From positions 18,535 through 82,534 of the forward strand of contig CALXSR010000047.1 of the NCBI GenBank assembly GCA_944391215.1: a DNA stretch of 64,000 nucleotides. The letters are read 5' to 3'. The translations under genes and the position numbers were made by a program. This DNA is from an uncultured Clostridia bacterium (GTDB lineage Bacteria; Bacillota; Dehalobacteriia; UBA4068; CALXSR01). Positions within the stretch are counted from its first letter, which is position 1. Every line of letters begins with the position of its first letter. The notes under the pieces were generated by a model. The model did no database searches. It was not told where the DNA came from and saw only the letters and a program-made list of their open reading frames with translations. Of this stretch, positions 1 to 10,861 are shown one piece after another.

Positions 1-90
1 ACAGACTTAATTTGTATTCCCGCTTTTACGGATATTGTGATAGAGGGAGAACAAAGAACGGCTATGAAATTAATTGTGGAACCAAGATAA
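1..90 (+). CDS. 3' end of an unidentified upstream gene (partial; ...TDLICIPAFTDIVIEGEQRTAMKLIVEPR*)
   Basis: Frame 1 is open from the window edge to TAA at 88-90 and is followed directly by a terminator hairpin. Product is not recognisable from 29 residues. Confidence 0.3.
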   Translation, partial: TDLICIPAFTDIVIEGEQRTAMKLIVEPR

Positions 91-96
91 GAAAAA

Positions 97-122
97 AGCC
101 TACAATTGTAGGCTTTTTTTTT
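97..122 (+). terminator. Rho-independent terminator
   Basis: Stem AGCCTACA (97-104) / TGTAGGCT (108-115), 3-nt loop, then a T-run at 116-122. Confidence 0.75.
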
Positions 123-139
123 GTAAAGGAGGGGGTAGA

Positions 140-1105
140 ATGTTTTATTTTGACGCGCATTGTGATACGATTGGTATCGTTGAGCCTGCTAAAATTAGAA
201 ATTCCAAAGGCCAAAGTATGCTTGACTTTTGCCGCTTAGCACAACTGCCGGGCGTGGCTATTTTGGCAATTTATCCTAATATTCATGAAAAGAAACCGTG
301 GCAGGCGCCGGCTACCGCTATGCGTATGGCAACAAAAATGCATGAAGCTTTGGCAATGAATACGAATTTAGTGGATTGTTATTTATGGCGTGAAGATTGG
401 TTGATGGAACCTCGTAAAAAAAAGGCAGGTATTATGATCTCATTAGAAGGCGGCGAAGCTTTGGGGCATTCTATTGCAAGGCTAGAAGATTTTTTTGCTT
501 TAGGCGTACGTAGTATTGGTCTTACCTGGAACTATGCCAATGATTTAGCTGGCGGAGCCCAGGAAGAAGCCCCTTTAACTCAATTTGGATGCACTGTTGT
601 GAAAAGAGCGGAACAATTGGGAATGGCGGTTGATTTGGCGCATATTTGTCGGCAAGCCTTTTTTCAGGTTTTGGAAATGGCACAAAGGCCGCCTTTGGTT
701 TCGCATGCTGCTTGTTATACTTTATATGCGCATCCTAGAAATTTGACGGATCAGCAGATAAAAGCAATTGGGGAGAGAAACGGGATGATTGGCATTGCTT
801 TTTATCCTCCTTTTTTGACAAAGGATGGCGCGGATATTAACGATATTGTGCGTCATATTGATCACGTGGTTTCTTTAATTGGGCATGAACATGTGGGTAT
901 TGGTTCTGATTTTGATGGTATCGATACTTTGCCGGCAGGCGTAAAAGGAGTGCAGGATTTACCGAAAATAAGGGACGCTTTATTTAAACTTGGTTATTCT
1001 GCAGACCAGGTGGCTGCCATTATGGGAAATAATTTCCGCCATTATTGGAAGGAAATATTACCGTGTTGTGGAATGAAAAAGGAAAGCACCTATTATAAGG
1101 AGTAA
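140..1105 (+). CDS. Membrane (renal-type) dipeptidase, peptidase family M19
   Basis: Start moved to ATG 140 (MFYFDAHCDT) because the terminator at 97-122 lies inside the longer ORF and GGAGGGGG precedes ATG 140. Motifs FDAHCD, GLTWN and GIGSDFDG are typical of M19 dipeptidases. Confidence 0.85.
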   Translation: MFYFDAHCDTIGIVEPAKIRNSKGQSMLDFCRLAQLPGVAILAIYPNIHEKKPWQAPATAMRMATKMHEALAMNTNLVDCYLWREDWLMEPRKKKAGIMISLEGGEALGHSIARLEDFFALGVRSIGLTWNYANDLAGGAQEEAPLTQFGCTVVKRAEQLGMAVDLAHICRQAFFQVLEMAQRPPLVSHAACYTLYAHPRNLTDQQIKAIGERNGMIGIAFYPPFLTKDGADINDIVRHIDHVVSLIGHEHVGIGSDFDGIDTLPAGVKGVQDLPKIRDALFKLGYSADQVAAIMGNNFRHYWKEILPCCGMKKESTYYKE

Positions 1106-1108
1106 AAA

Positions 1109-1915
1109 ATGGCATGTTTTGATTTGCATATTCATACGACAGCTTCGGATGGTTCTTTACCGCCGCGCCAGGTGGTAAGAGCGGCAAACGCTTTGGGGTT
1201 GGCAGGTATTGCCATTACGGATCATGATACCATAGAAGGAATTCCAGATGCGCTGCAAGAGGGTCTGTTATGCAATTTACAAATTTTCCCTGGTGTAGAA
1301 TTAAGCACAGAGTTTGCGGGAAGAGATATCCATATCTTAGGCTATTTTATGGATTTTGATTTAAAATGGTTGGAAGAAAAACTTTTATTTTTGCAACAAA
1401 AAAGGCAGCAGCGCATGCGGCAAATAATACAAAAATTGAATGATTATGGCTTCTGTTTGCAGGTGGAAGATGTTTTCAAGTACTCTATTGCTGGTTCCGT
1501 GGGCCGGCCGCATGTAGCAATGGCCATGGTAGAAAAAGGTTATGTCGACAGTATCAAAGAAGCTTTTGACAAATATTTAGGGAAAAATTGTGTGGGTTAT
1601 GTGGAGCGCTATAAAATATCAGCACTAGAAGCCATTGCTACCATTCATCGCTGTCATGGGGTGGCCGTTTTAGCGCATCCTGGTTTAATTGTGGATCAGA
1701 GCCTTTTGCCGGCTTTATTGGAATTGAATTTTGATGGGATTGAAGTCAATCATCCGGATCATAAGGCCGTTGATAAAAAGCGATATCAAAAATTAGCAAA
1801 ACAGCATCATTTGGCGGTAACTGGTGGTTCTGATTTTCATGCTAGTCACTTGGGTTGCTGTACCATATCGGAAAAAGAAGTGTTACAATTACAAGCAAAA
1901 AGAGCAACAGACTAA
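1109..1915 (+). CDS. PHP-domain metal-dependent phosphoesterase (TrpH/YciV-like)
   Basis: N-terminal DLHIHTTASDGS plus ITDHD and AHP motifs typical of the PHP family. AAGGAG lies upstream. The gap to the previous gene is 3 nt. Confidence 0.8.
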   Translation: MACFDLHIHTTASDGSLPPRQVVRAANALGLAGIAITDHDTIEGIPDALQEGLLCNLQIFPGVELSTEFAGRDIHILGYFMDFDLKWLEEKLLFLQQKRQQRMRQIIQKLNDYGFCLQVEDVFKYSIAGSVGRPHVAMAMVEKGYVDSIKEAFDKYLGKNCVGYVERYKISALEAIATIHRCHGVAVLAHPGLIVDQSLLPALLELNFDGIEVNHPDHKAVDKKRYQKLAKQHHLAVTGGSDFHASHLGCCTISEKEVLQLQAKRATD

Positions 1916-1965
1916 AAATGAAGAATTCGAATATAATAATAAAAACTGCTCTTTGAGGTGATTTT

Positions 1966-2217
1966 GTGCACAATATAATATCAGATAGCGATTATGCGGA
2001 AAGAATTCAGGAGATGGAGGCAAAATTGGTTGCTTTGCGCTTATCTCGACGTGTTTTAATGGATATGCTAAAAAAGGAACAAGAAGAAAAAAATGCAACG
2101 ATTGCTCGTTTACAAGCGGAGAATAAAAAATTACGGATTGCCAACCATAATTATGCTAAAAAAATATGGCAAAATCATTTAGCGTGTGCTGATCATCATA
2201 TTGGCAAAGAAAAATAA
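1966..2217 (+). CDS. Hypothetical small coiled-coil protein (83 aa, GTG start)
   Basis: GAGGTGA precedes GTG 1966. Heptad-like, charged sequence (EMEAKLVALRLSRRVLMDMLKKEQEEKNATIARLQAENKKLRIAN). No recognisable family. Confidence 0.4.
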   Translation: MHNIISDSDYAERIQEMEAKLVALRLSRRVLMDMLKKEQEEKNATIARLQAENKKLRIANHNYAKKIWQNHLACADHHIGKEK

Positions 2218-2269
2218 AAAAGCATTGGTAAAAACATAAATTTATGTAGCCCAACCTTTATTGTTGTGA

Positions 2270-3775
<1,506 letters not shown>

Positions 3776-3797
3776 TATTCTCTAAGATGAACCGAGG

Positions 3798-3826
3798 AGG
3801 AAGCGCCAGGTGCGCTTCCTTTTTAT
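3798..3826 (+). terminator. Rho-independent terminator after guaB
   Basis: Stem AGGAAGCGC (3798-3806) / GCGCTTCCT (3812-3820) followed by TTTTT. Confidence 0.8.
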
Positions 3827-3853
3827 TTGACGAAAGGCGGTTTGCGATTTGTT

Positions 3854-4774
3854 ATGGTAACAAAAAAAGCGAAAAAGAAAAAAATGCGGAAATGGCTTGT
3901 TTTTTTAGGCATTCTTTTGCTCCTTTTGGTTTGGTGGCATTTCTTTTTTGCTCCATTAGAACCAAGAAGAACAGCAGAACAAAAAGAACTTTTGCAAGAT
4001 AAAATTACAGTACTTATTTTAGGTAGCGATAGTGCGGAATCTGAGAATTCCGGTAGTCGAACGGATACGATTATGCTGGCCTGTTTGGATTTAAAAGAAA
4101 AAAAAGTGCATTTGATGTCTATCCCGCGCGATAGCCGGGTAAGCATTCCTGGGCGCAAAAACAAAACGAGGATTAATGCTGCTTTTGGTTATGGTGGAGC
4201 GGATTTAACCAAACAGACGGTGGAAGGAATATTAGGAATTCCGGTGGATTATTATATGTTTACCACCTTTGAAGGTTTTGCCAAAGTAGTGGATATTATT
4301 GGCGGTGTGGAAATTGATGTGGAAAAAAGGATGAAATACCACACCTATAATAGCGATATCGATTTAGAACCCGGTTTACAAGTTTTAGATGGGAAAAACG
4401 CTTTGGATTATGTACGTTTTCGGCATGATGCCTTGGCCGATTTAAACCGAGTAAAAAGGCAGCAAAAGTTTTTGTTGGCATTGGCCAATGAAATGAAAAA
4501 ACCGGAAAACTGGGCAAAATTACCGCAAATTTTGGCGCAAATGGATGATATTATCCAAACAGATTTCAGCAAAGGGCAAATTGTAAAAATTGGTACCACC
4601 TTTTTAGGCATTCGTGCCGAGGATGTAACAATGGAAACCATTCCAGGAGTGCCGCAGACAATCAATGGTGTCAGCTATTTTATTATCAATGAAAATAAGC
4701 TGCCGGAGGCTTTAGAGCGATTTTTAGGGAATGTGCCGGAAGATGACGGAGAACAGGAAGAAAAGGGAAAATAA
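3854..4774 (+). CDS. LytR-CpsA-Psr (LCP) family cell-envelope phosphotransferase
   Basis: Lys-rich N-terminus followed by one TM helix (WLVFLGILLLLLVWW). LCP core ILILGSDS...RTDTIMLA...SIPRD. The start is placed after the guaB terminator; 3827 or 3884 are alternatives. Confidence 0.85.
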   Translation: MVTKKAKKKKMRKWLVFLGILLLLLVWWHFFFAPLEPRRTAEQKELLQDKITVLILGSDSAESENSGSRTDTIMLACLDLKEKKVHLMSIPRDSRVSIPGRKNKTRINAAFGYGGADLTKQTVEGILGIPVDYYMFTTFEGFAKVVDIIGGVEIDVEKRMKYHTYNSDIDLEPGLQVLDGKNALDYVRFRHDALADLNRVKRQQKFLLALANEMKKPENWAKLPQILAQMDDIIQTDFSKGQIVKIGTTFLGIRAEDVTMETIPGVPQTINGVSYFIINENKLPEALERFLGNVPEDDGEQEEKGK

Positions 4775-4815
4775 AAGAAAAAGAGAATAATAATTGCATA
4801 AAGAAGGAAAGGGTA

Positions 4816-5532
4816 ATGGTGATGACTGAGCAAAAAGCCAAGAAGGTAAAAGCTGCTGATAATCCACATGCAAAACATCGTTTGCGTGTACGAACCCGTT
4901 TTGCCAGGGAAAATGGTTTTGATTCCTTTGCGGAACATGAAGTGTTGGAGTTTTTGCTTTATCATACCATCCCCAGGATTGATACCAATCCTACTGCACA
5001 TGATTTGCTAGACTATTATGGTACGCTAGCGAATGTATTAGAAGCCCCAATCGAAGAGCTGCAAAAAAATGGTTTAACTTTTAATTCAGCTGTTTTATTG
5101 CATGCGATTCCTTCTTTAGCCCGCTATTATGAACAAAGCCGCTATCGAGAGAAGGTCCCGTTATATGACACGGATTCGATGGTGGCTTATTGTCGTTCTC
5201 TTTTTATTGGTCATACTGAAGAGCTTTTCTATTTGATTTGTTTAAATGCGCAAAATAAAGTTAATCATGCTGCTTTGGTAAGCCGCGGAACTTTAACGGA
5301 AGTTCCCGTTTATCCGCGAAAAGCGGTTGATTTGGCTTTGCGTTATCAGGCGGTAAATGTCATTTTAGCGCATAATCATCCTGGTTTTGGTACTGCCCCT
5401 TCTCATAGTGATATGAGTATTACTAGACAACTGCGCGATGTTTTAAATGGGATTTCTGTGCATGTTCTGGATCATATTATTATTTGTGGGAATCGCTACT
5501 TTAGTTATGCAGAAAAGGATTTGCTTTTTTAG
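4816..5532 (+). CDS. radC: RadC-family JAB/MPN domain protein (UPF0758)
   Basis: C-terminal JAMM-like HNHPGFGTAPSHSD motif and an N-terminal helix-hairpin-helix-like region typical of RadC. Confidence 0.85.
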   Translation: MVMTEQKAKKVKAADNPHAKHRLRVRTRFARENGFDSFAEHEVLEFLLYHTIPRIDTNPTAHDLLDYYGTLANVLEAPIEELQKNGLTFNSAVLLHAIPSLARYYEQSRYREKVPLYDTDSMVAYCRSLFIGHTEELFYLICLNAQNKVNHAALVSRGTLTEVPVYPRKAVDLALRYQAVNVILAHNHPGFGTAPSHSDMSITRQLRDVLNGISVHVLDHIIICGNRYFSYAEKDLLF

Positions 5533-5550
5533 TCCGTAGGAGGAATGAAA

Positions 5551-8500
5551 ATGGATTTTGTACATTTACATAATCATACTGAATACAGCTTACTAGATGG
5601 GGCCGCAAGGGTAAAAGATTTGATTGCTGCCGCTAAGTCGATGAATATGCCTGCCTTGGCGATTACGGATCATGGGGTAATGTATGGGGTAACCGACTTT
5701 TATAAAGGGTGTTTAAAAGAAGGCATTAAACCCATTATTGGTTGCGAAGTTTATGTGGCGCCACGTACTCGTTTTGACCGGGAACCGCGTAAGGACGATA
5801 GCGCTTACCACTTGGTTTTACTGGCAGAAAATATGGAAGGTTATCATAATTTATGCAAATTAGTTTCTTATGCTTATTTGGATGGATTTTATTATAAACC
5901 GCGTGTGGACAAGGAATTATTGCGTCAATATAGCAAAGGGATTATTTGTTTATCGGCTTGTATTGCCGGCGAGATTCCACAAGCCATTTTGGCCAATCAA
6001 ATAGAAGAGGCGTATCGGTTAACCAAGGAATATCGGGATATTTTTGGTGCGGATAACTTTTTTTTAGAAATCCAGGATCATGGTATGGAAGAGGAGAAAA
6101 AAAGTAATCGTGCCATTATTCAGATTGCCAAGGAATTGGATATCCCATTGGTATGCACCAATGATATTCACTATGTACGCAAACAGGACGCTAAAGCGCA
6201 TGATATTTTGCTTTGTGTACAAACTGGTCGCAAAAGAGCGGATGAGGATAGGATGTCCTTCGCTAGCGATGAATTTTATTTAAAAAGCGAAGAAGAAATG
6301 GCGCTTTTATTTGGGGAATATCCAGAAGCGATGTCCAATACTTTGAAAATCGCTGAGCGTTGCAATTTAGAGTTTACTTTTGGTAAGTTATATTTGCCTA
6401 TTTTCCAGGTGCCGGAAGGATATACCATTCCTTCCTACTTACGTAAATTATGTGAAGATGGCATGCATCGCCGTTACCCAGAAATTACGCCGGAATTAAG
6501 GGAGAGACTGGAATATGAGTTAGGTATTATTGAAAAAATGGATTTTCCGGGCTACTTTTTAATTGTATGGGATATGATCAACTTTGCACGCACCAAAGGC
6601 ATTCCTGTAGGCCCAGGTCGTGGTTCTGGAGCGGGTTCTATTGTGGCTTATGCTTTAGGGATTACGGATATTGATCCAATCCGTTATCATTTGATTTTTG
6701 AACGTTTTTTAAATCCGGAACGGGTAAGTCCGCCTGATATTGATACAGATTTTTGTTTTAATCGACGCGGTGAAGTGATTGAATATTTGGTAGAACGATA
6801 TGGCTCTTCGCGGGTTTGCCAAATTATTACGTTTGGAACCATGCAAGCAAAGGCTGCAGTAAAAGATGTGGCGCGTGTTTTAGATATGCCTTTTGATGAA
6901 GCCAATCAATTAGCAAAATTAATTCCGGCTGAATTAGGGATTACTTTACAAAAAGCATTGGAAAAAAGTCAAGAATTGCGTGAACTAAAAGATTCGAATC
7001 CTTTGGTGAATGAAGTAATTGAAATTGCCATGCAATTAGAAGGAATTCCGCGCCATGCTTCAACCCATGCGGCTGGGGTGGTAATTGCCCAAAAAGATGT
7101 GATGGAATATGTGCCGGTGCAAAAAACAGCAGATGGATTTGTTACCAGTCAATTTGCTAAGGAGCAAGTGGAAGAGTGGGGCCTTTTGAAAATGGACTTG
7201 TTGGGTTTGCGCAACTTGACTATTATTGCCGATGCGGTAGAAAATATTAAGCATAATCAAGGATTGGAAATTGACATTCGTAATATTCCAATGGATGATA
7301 AAAAGACATATGAAATGTTAGCCAAAGGTGATTCCGGTGGTGTATTCCAGTTAGAAAGCGATGGGATGCGTAATATTTTACGGAACTTAAAGGCGGAACG
7401 CATTGAAGATATTATTGCTTTGGTTGCCTTATATCGGCCAGGTCCTTTGGGTAGCGGTATGGTAGAAGATTTTATTAACCGCAAACATGGCACAACCAAA
7501 GTAACCTATCCGCATCCTTTATTGGAACCCATTTTGAAAGAAACCTATGGCGTCATATTATATCAAGAACAAGTGATGCAAATCGCTAGCGCTATGGCCG
7601 GTTTTACGTTAGGGGAAGCGGATTTGTTACGGCGTGCTATGGGAAAAAAGAAACCGCAAGTTTTGTTAGGGATGAAAGCTAAATTTTTAGAGGGCGCAAA
7701 AGCTAAAGGAATTAGCGAAAAAGTTGCCAGTGATGTCTTTGCTTTGATGGAATATTTTGCCGGATACGGTTTTAATAAAAGTCATTCGGCGGCATACGCT
7801 GTGGTTACCTATCAAACTGCCTGGTTAAAGGCAAATTATCCAGTTGAGTATATGGCGGCTATGTTGACCAATAATATGGGCGATATGGATCGGGTAGCGG
7901 AGTTGATTGAAGAATGCCGACATTGCGGTATTCAAATTTTACCGCCCGATATCAATGAAAGTCGCGATGGTTTTACGGTTGCGGGCTGTAATATTCGCTT
8001 TGGTTTAGCAGCGGTAAAAAATGTTGGCAAAGAAGCCATTGGGGCAATTATCCAGGAGAGAGAAGAAAATGGTCCTTATACGACTTTAGTAGACTTTTGT
8101 GGTCGACAGTTGGTCAACCGCAAAATGTTAGAAAGCCTAATTTCCTGCGGCGCCATGGATTGTATGGGGTATAAAAGATCTCAAATGTTGGCGGTAATGG
8201 AAAAGGCTTTAGAAATAGGCCGTCGTATTAATCAGGATCGGGACGATATGCAAATGTCTCTTTTTGATTTTGGCTTGGATATGGGGCAGGATCATGCTGC
8301 GGAACTTGAAATTCCTGATATGGAAGAATTTCCGGATCAGCAATTGCTGGCATTGGAAAAAGATATGATTGGTTTTTATATTAGTGGTCATCCTTTAAAA
8401 GAATATGAAGAAATTTTAAGAAAGAAAAAAGTAGAGCCTATTGCCGATATTATTGCCCAAAAGGATCATGATAGCGAAGTGAAAATGGGTGGTTTAATTA

Positions 8501-8934
8501 CCTATGTAAGGCCCTTGTTAACGAAAAAAGGCGACAATATGGCTATGTTTACGATAGAAGATATGACCCATAGTATAAAATGTTTGATGTTCCCGCGTGC
8601 CTTTGAAAAATACCGGGCCTTGTTAGCGGAAGGTCAGGTAGTGATAGCCGGTGGTAGGGTCAATGCCAAGGAAGATGAAAAGAAAATTTTTGTAGATAGC
8701 CTACAAGCGCCGCGTAAACTATATGTGCGTATGGAAAAAGGCAAGGGAGAAGCAGAATTGAACCGCCTGCAAGATCAACTACGCCAGTTCCATGGCAATA
8801 TTCCGGTATCTGTTTTTTTTGAGGACGAGGGCGCTTATCGGGAATTGCCTAGTATTTATTGGGTAAATGGTGTTGATAAGCTTATGCATGGCCTAAGGGG
8901 AGCTTGGGGGGAAGAAAACATAATATTCAGATAG
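5551..8934 (+). CDS. dnaE: DNA polymerase III alpha subunit (DnaE type)
   Basis: PHP N-terminus HLHNHTEYSLLDG, palm motif GPGRGSGAGS, and an OB fold near the C-terminus. ATG 5551 is chosen because AGGAGG (5538-5543) lies 7 nt upstream; ATG 5545 is too close to it. Confidence 0.97.
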   Translation: MDFVHLHNHTEYSLLDGAARVKDLIAAAKSMNMPALAITDHGVMYGVTDFYKGCLKEGIKPIIGCEVYVAPRTRFDREPRKDDSAYHLVLLAENMEGYHNLCKLVSYAYLDGFYYKPRVDKELLRQYSKGIICLSACIAGEIPQAILANQIEEAYRLTKEYRDIFGADNFFLEIQDHGMEEEKKSNRAIIQIAKELDIPLVCTNDIHYVRKQDAKAHDILLCVQTGRKRADEDRMSFASDEFYLKSEEEMALLFGEYPEAMSNTLKIAERCNLEFTFGKLYLPIFQVPEGYTIPSYLRKLCEDGMHRRYPEITPELRERLEYELGIIEKMDFPGYFLIVWDMINFARTKGIPVGPGRGSGAGSIVAYALGITDIDPIRYHLIFERFLNPERVSPPDIDTDFCFNRRGEVIEYLVERYGSSRVCQIITFGTMQAKAAVKDVARVLDMPFDEANQLAKLIPAELGITLQKALEKSQELRELKDSNPLVNEVIEIAMQLEGIPRHASTHAAGVVIAQKDVMEYVPVQKTADGFVTSQFAKEQVEEWGLLKMDLLGLRNLTIIADAVENIKHNQGLEIDIRNIPMDDKKTYEMLAKGDSGGVFQLESDGMRNILRNLKAERIEDIIALVALYRPGPLGSGMVEDFINRKHGTTKVTYPHPLLEPILKETYGVILYQEQVMQIASAMAGFTLGEADLLRRAMGKKKPQVLLGMKAKFLEGAKAKGISEKVASDVFALMEYFAGYGFNKSHSAAYAVVTYQTAWLKANYPVEYMAAMLTNNMGDMDRVAELIEECRHCGIQILPPDINESRDGFTVAGCNIRFGLAAVKNVGKEAIGAIIQEREENGPYTTLVDFCGRQLVNRKMLESLISCGAMDCMGYKRSQMLAVMEKALEIGRRINQDRDDMQMSLFDFGLDMGQDHAAELEIPDMEEFPDQQLLALEKDMIGFYISGHPLKEYEEILRKKKVEPIADIIAQKDHDSEVKMGGLITYVRPLLTKKGDNMAMFTIEDMTHSIKCLMFPRAFEKYRALLAEGQVVIAGGRVNAKEDEKKIFVDSLQAPRKLYVRMEKGKGEAELNRLQDQLRQFHGNIPVSVFFEDEGAYRELPSIYWVNGVDKLMHGLRGAWGEENIIFR

Positions 8935-9066
8935 TTTTGTCCATAAGAAGGAAATACTGTATACAAAAAAGAATAGGAATGATATAATTAAAAACGGGCA
9001 ATGAGGTTTTTTATTGTCTGTTTTTCTTTGTGAGAATCGAATTATTTTTATAAGGAGTGGTCGTTC

Positions 9067-10407
9067 ATGTCTTTTTGTGTTGACACTTTCATGCAAGATG
9101 TTATTGCAAAAAACCCTGGCGAAACCGAATTCCATCAAGCAGTTCGTGAAGTAGCTATTTCCTTGGCTCCGTTTTTAAACGAAAATCCCAAATATGTAGA
9201 CGCTAAAATTATGGAAAGAATGGTTGAACCGGAACGGGTTATTGAATTCCGTGTTCCCTGGGTAGACGACAAAGGTGAAATTCAAATCAACCGTGGCTAT
9301 CGGGTACAAATGAATAGTGCAATTGGGCCCTATAAAGGCGGTTTGCGTTTTGCTCCTTCCGTTAACTTAAGTGTAATGAAATTTTTAGCTTTTGAACAAA
9401 CTTTTAAAAATTCTTTGACCACATTGCCGATGGGCGGTGGCAAAGGTGGTTCCAATTTCGATCCGCGCGGGAAATCCGATAATGAAGTAATGCGTTTTTG
9501 CCAGGCCTTCATGAGCGAACTATATAAATATATTGGCGACAATATTGATATTCCTGCTGGCGATATTGGCGTAGGTGGTCGTGAAGTTGGCTATTTATTT
9601 GGCGCTTACAAAAAACTAAAAGGCGAGTTTGCCGGTGTTTTAACTGGGAAAGGATTGTCCTTTGGCGGTAGTTTGGTTCGTCCGGAAGCAACCGGTTATG
9701 GTACCATTTACTTCTGCGAAGAAATGTTAAAAACCAAAGGCGAAAGCATTGAAGGCAAAACTGTTTTGGCTTCCGGCTATGGTAATGTTGGTACTTACTT
9801 AATTGAAAAAGTTGCCCAACTTGGTGGTAAAGTTGTTACCTTTGGGGATGAAAAAGGTTATGTTTATGATCCCGATGGTATTACCGGTGAAAAATTGGCA
9901 TTCTTAAAAGATTTGTGGGTAGTACATCGTCGTCCTGCTAAAGATTATGCCGATAAATTTGGTGTGAAATGGGTAGAAGGCAGAAGACCTTGGGAAGTTC
10001 CTTGCGATATTGCTTGCCCGACTGCTACACAAAACGAATTAAATGGTGAAGATGCAAAAACATTAATTAAAAATGGTTGCATGTGCGTAACGGAAGCGGC
10101 TAATATGCCTTGCACCGAAGAAGCTTATAATGTCTTTAAAGAAGCGAAAATTTTGTACTCTCCTGGCAAAGCTTCCAATGCTGGCGGCGTATCCGTATCC
10201 GGTTTGGAAATGAGCCAAAATAGCGGTCATATTTCCTGGAGTGCAGAACAAGTTGATGGTATGTTGAAAGATATTATGAAAAATATCCATGAACAATGCG
10301 TTCGCTACGGGAAAGAAAAAGACGGTTATGTTAACTATGTAAATGGGGCGAATGTGGCCGGCTTTGTAAAAGTTGCTGATGCAATGATTGCGCAAGGTAT
10401 TGTTTAA
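9067..10407 (+). CDS. gdhA: NADP-specific glutamate dehydrogenase
   Basis: Hexameric GDH signature LPMGGGKGGSNFDP and a Rossmann GYGNVG motif. An extended -10 (TGaTATAAT, 8980-8988) lies upstream. Confidence 0.95.
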   Translation: MSFCVDTFMQDVIAKNPGETEFHQAVREVAISLAPFLNENPKYVDAKIMERMVEPERVIEFRVPWVDDKGEIQINRGYRVQMNSAIGPYKGGLRFAPSVNLSVMKFLAFEQTFKNSLTTLPMGGGKGGSNFDPRGKSDNEVMRFCQAFMSELYKYIGDNIDIPAGDIGVGGREVGYLFGAYKKLKGEFAGVLTGKGLSFGGSLVRPEATGYGTIYFCEEMLKTKGESIEGKTVLASGYGNVGTYLIEKVAQLGGKVVTFGDEKGYVYDPDGITGEKLAFLKDLWVVHRRPAKDYADKFGVKWVEGRRPWEVPCDIACPTATQNELNGEDAKTLIKNGCMCVTEAANMPCTEEAYNVFKEAKILYSPGKASNAGGVSVSGLEMSQNSGHISWSAEQVDGMLKDIMKNIHEQCVRYGKEKDGYVNYVNGANVAGFVKVADAMIAQGIV

Positions 10408-10429
10408 TTTTAACCAAAAATTCATTTTA

Positions 10430-10461
10430 AAAGCTGCAAGTATTACTTGCAGCTTTTTTTA
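10430..10461 (+). terminator. Rho-independent terminator after gdhA
   Basis: Stem AAAGCTGCAAG / CTTGCAGCTTT, loop TATTA, then a T-run. Confidence 0.85.
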
Positions 10462-10495
10462 TTATCATGATAAAATAAACGTAAAATGGTTATAC

Positions 10496-10542
10496 TTTAC
10501 AAAAGAGATAATTGTGAGTATACTAATACTATTATAGTATTA
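10496..10542 (+). promoter_or_regulatory. SigmaA-like promoter (TTTACA-17-TATACT) with an overlapping 19-bp perfect palindrome operator candidate
   Basis: -35 TTTACA at 10496-10501 and -10 TATACT at 10519-10524. The palindrome TAATACTAT-T-ATAGTATTA at 10524-10542 starts at the last -10 base. Confidence 0.5.
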
Positions 10543-10582
10543 TGGTAGTTTATAGTGTTTTTGCAACAAAGGAGGATGAATA

Positions 10583-10792
10583 ATGACAATTACAAAGGAT
10601 ATGTCTATTATGACAGTTGTAGAAAAATATCCGCAAGCTGCGGTTGTATTTATGCAACATGGGATGGGTTGCGTTGGGTGTGCAGCTGCGCATTTTGAAA
10701 ATATTGAAGAAGGCGCAATGGCACATGGTATTGACGTGGATTCTTTAATTACAGATTTAAACAACTTTGTTAGTAATATTGACGAACAATAA
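10583..10792 (+). CDS. DUF1858 / hybrid-cluster-protein-associated redox disulfide domain protein
   Basis: 69 aa. KDMSIMTVVEKYPQAAVVFMQHGMGCVGC...IEEGAMAHGID matches the DUF1858/ScdA_N-like pattern with a CxGC pair. It has its own promoter and terminator. Confidence 0.8.
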   Translation: MTITKDMSIMTVVEKYPQAAVVFMQHGMGCVGCAAAHFENIEEGAMAHGIDVDSLITDLNNFVSNIDEQ

Positions 10793-10805
10793 TATTCTTA
10801 TGGGT

Positions 10806-10841
10806 AAAAACCAATCCACAGGGAAAATGGATTGGTTTTTC
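10806..10841 (+). terminator. Rho-independent terminator
   Basis: Stem AAAAACCAATCCA / TGGATTGGTTTTT. Confidence 0.8.
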
Positions 10842-10861
10842 AATTTTAAGGAGAATCTCTT

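Noticed and set aside
12-239. Track ORF 12-239, and the extended 74-1105 version of the dipeptidase gene.
   Set aside because: Both read through a clear terminator hairpin at 97-122. The dipeptidase family motif begins right after ATG 140, which has a strong SD.
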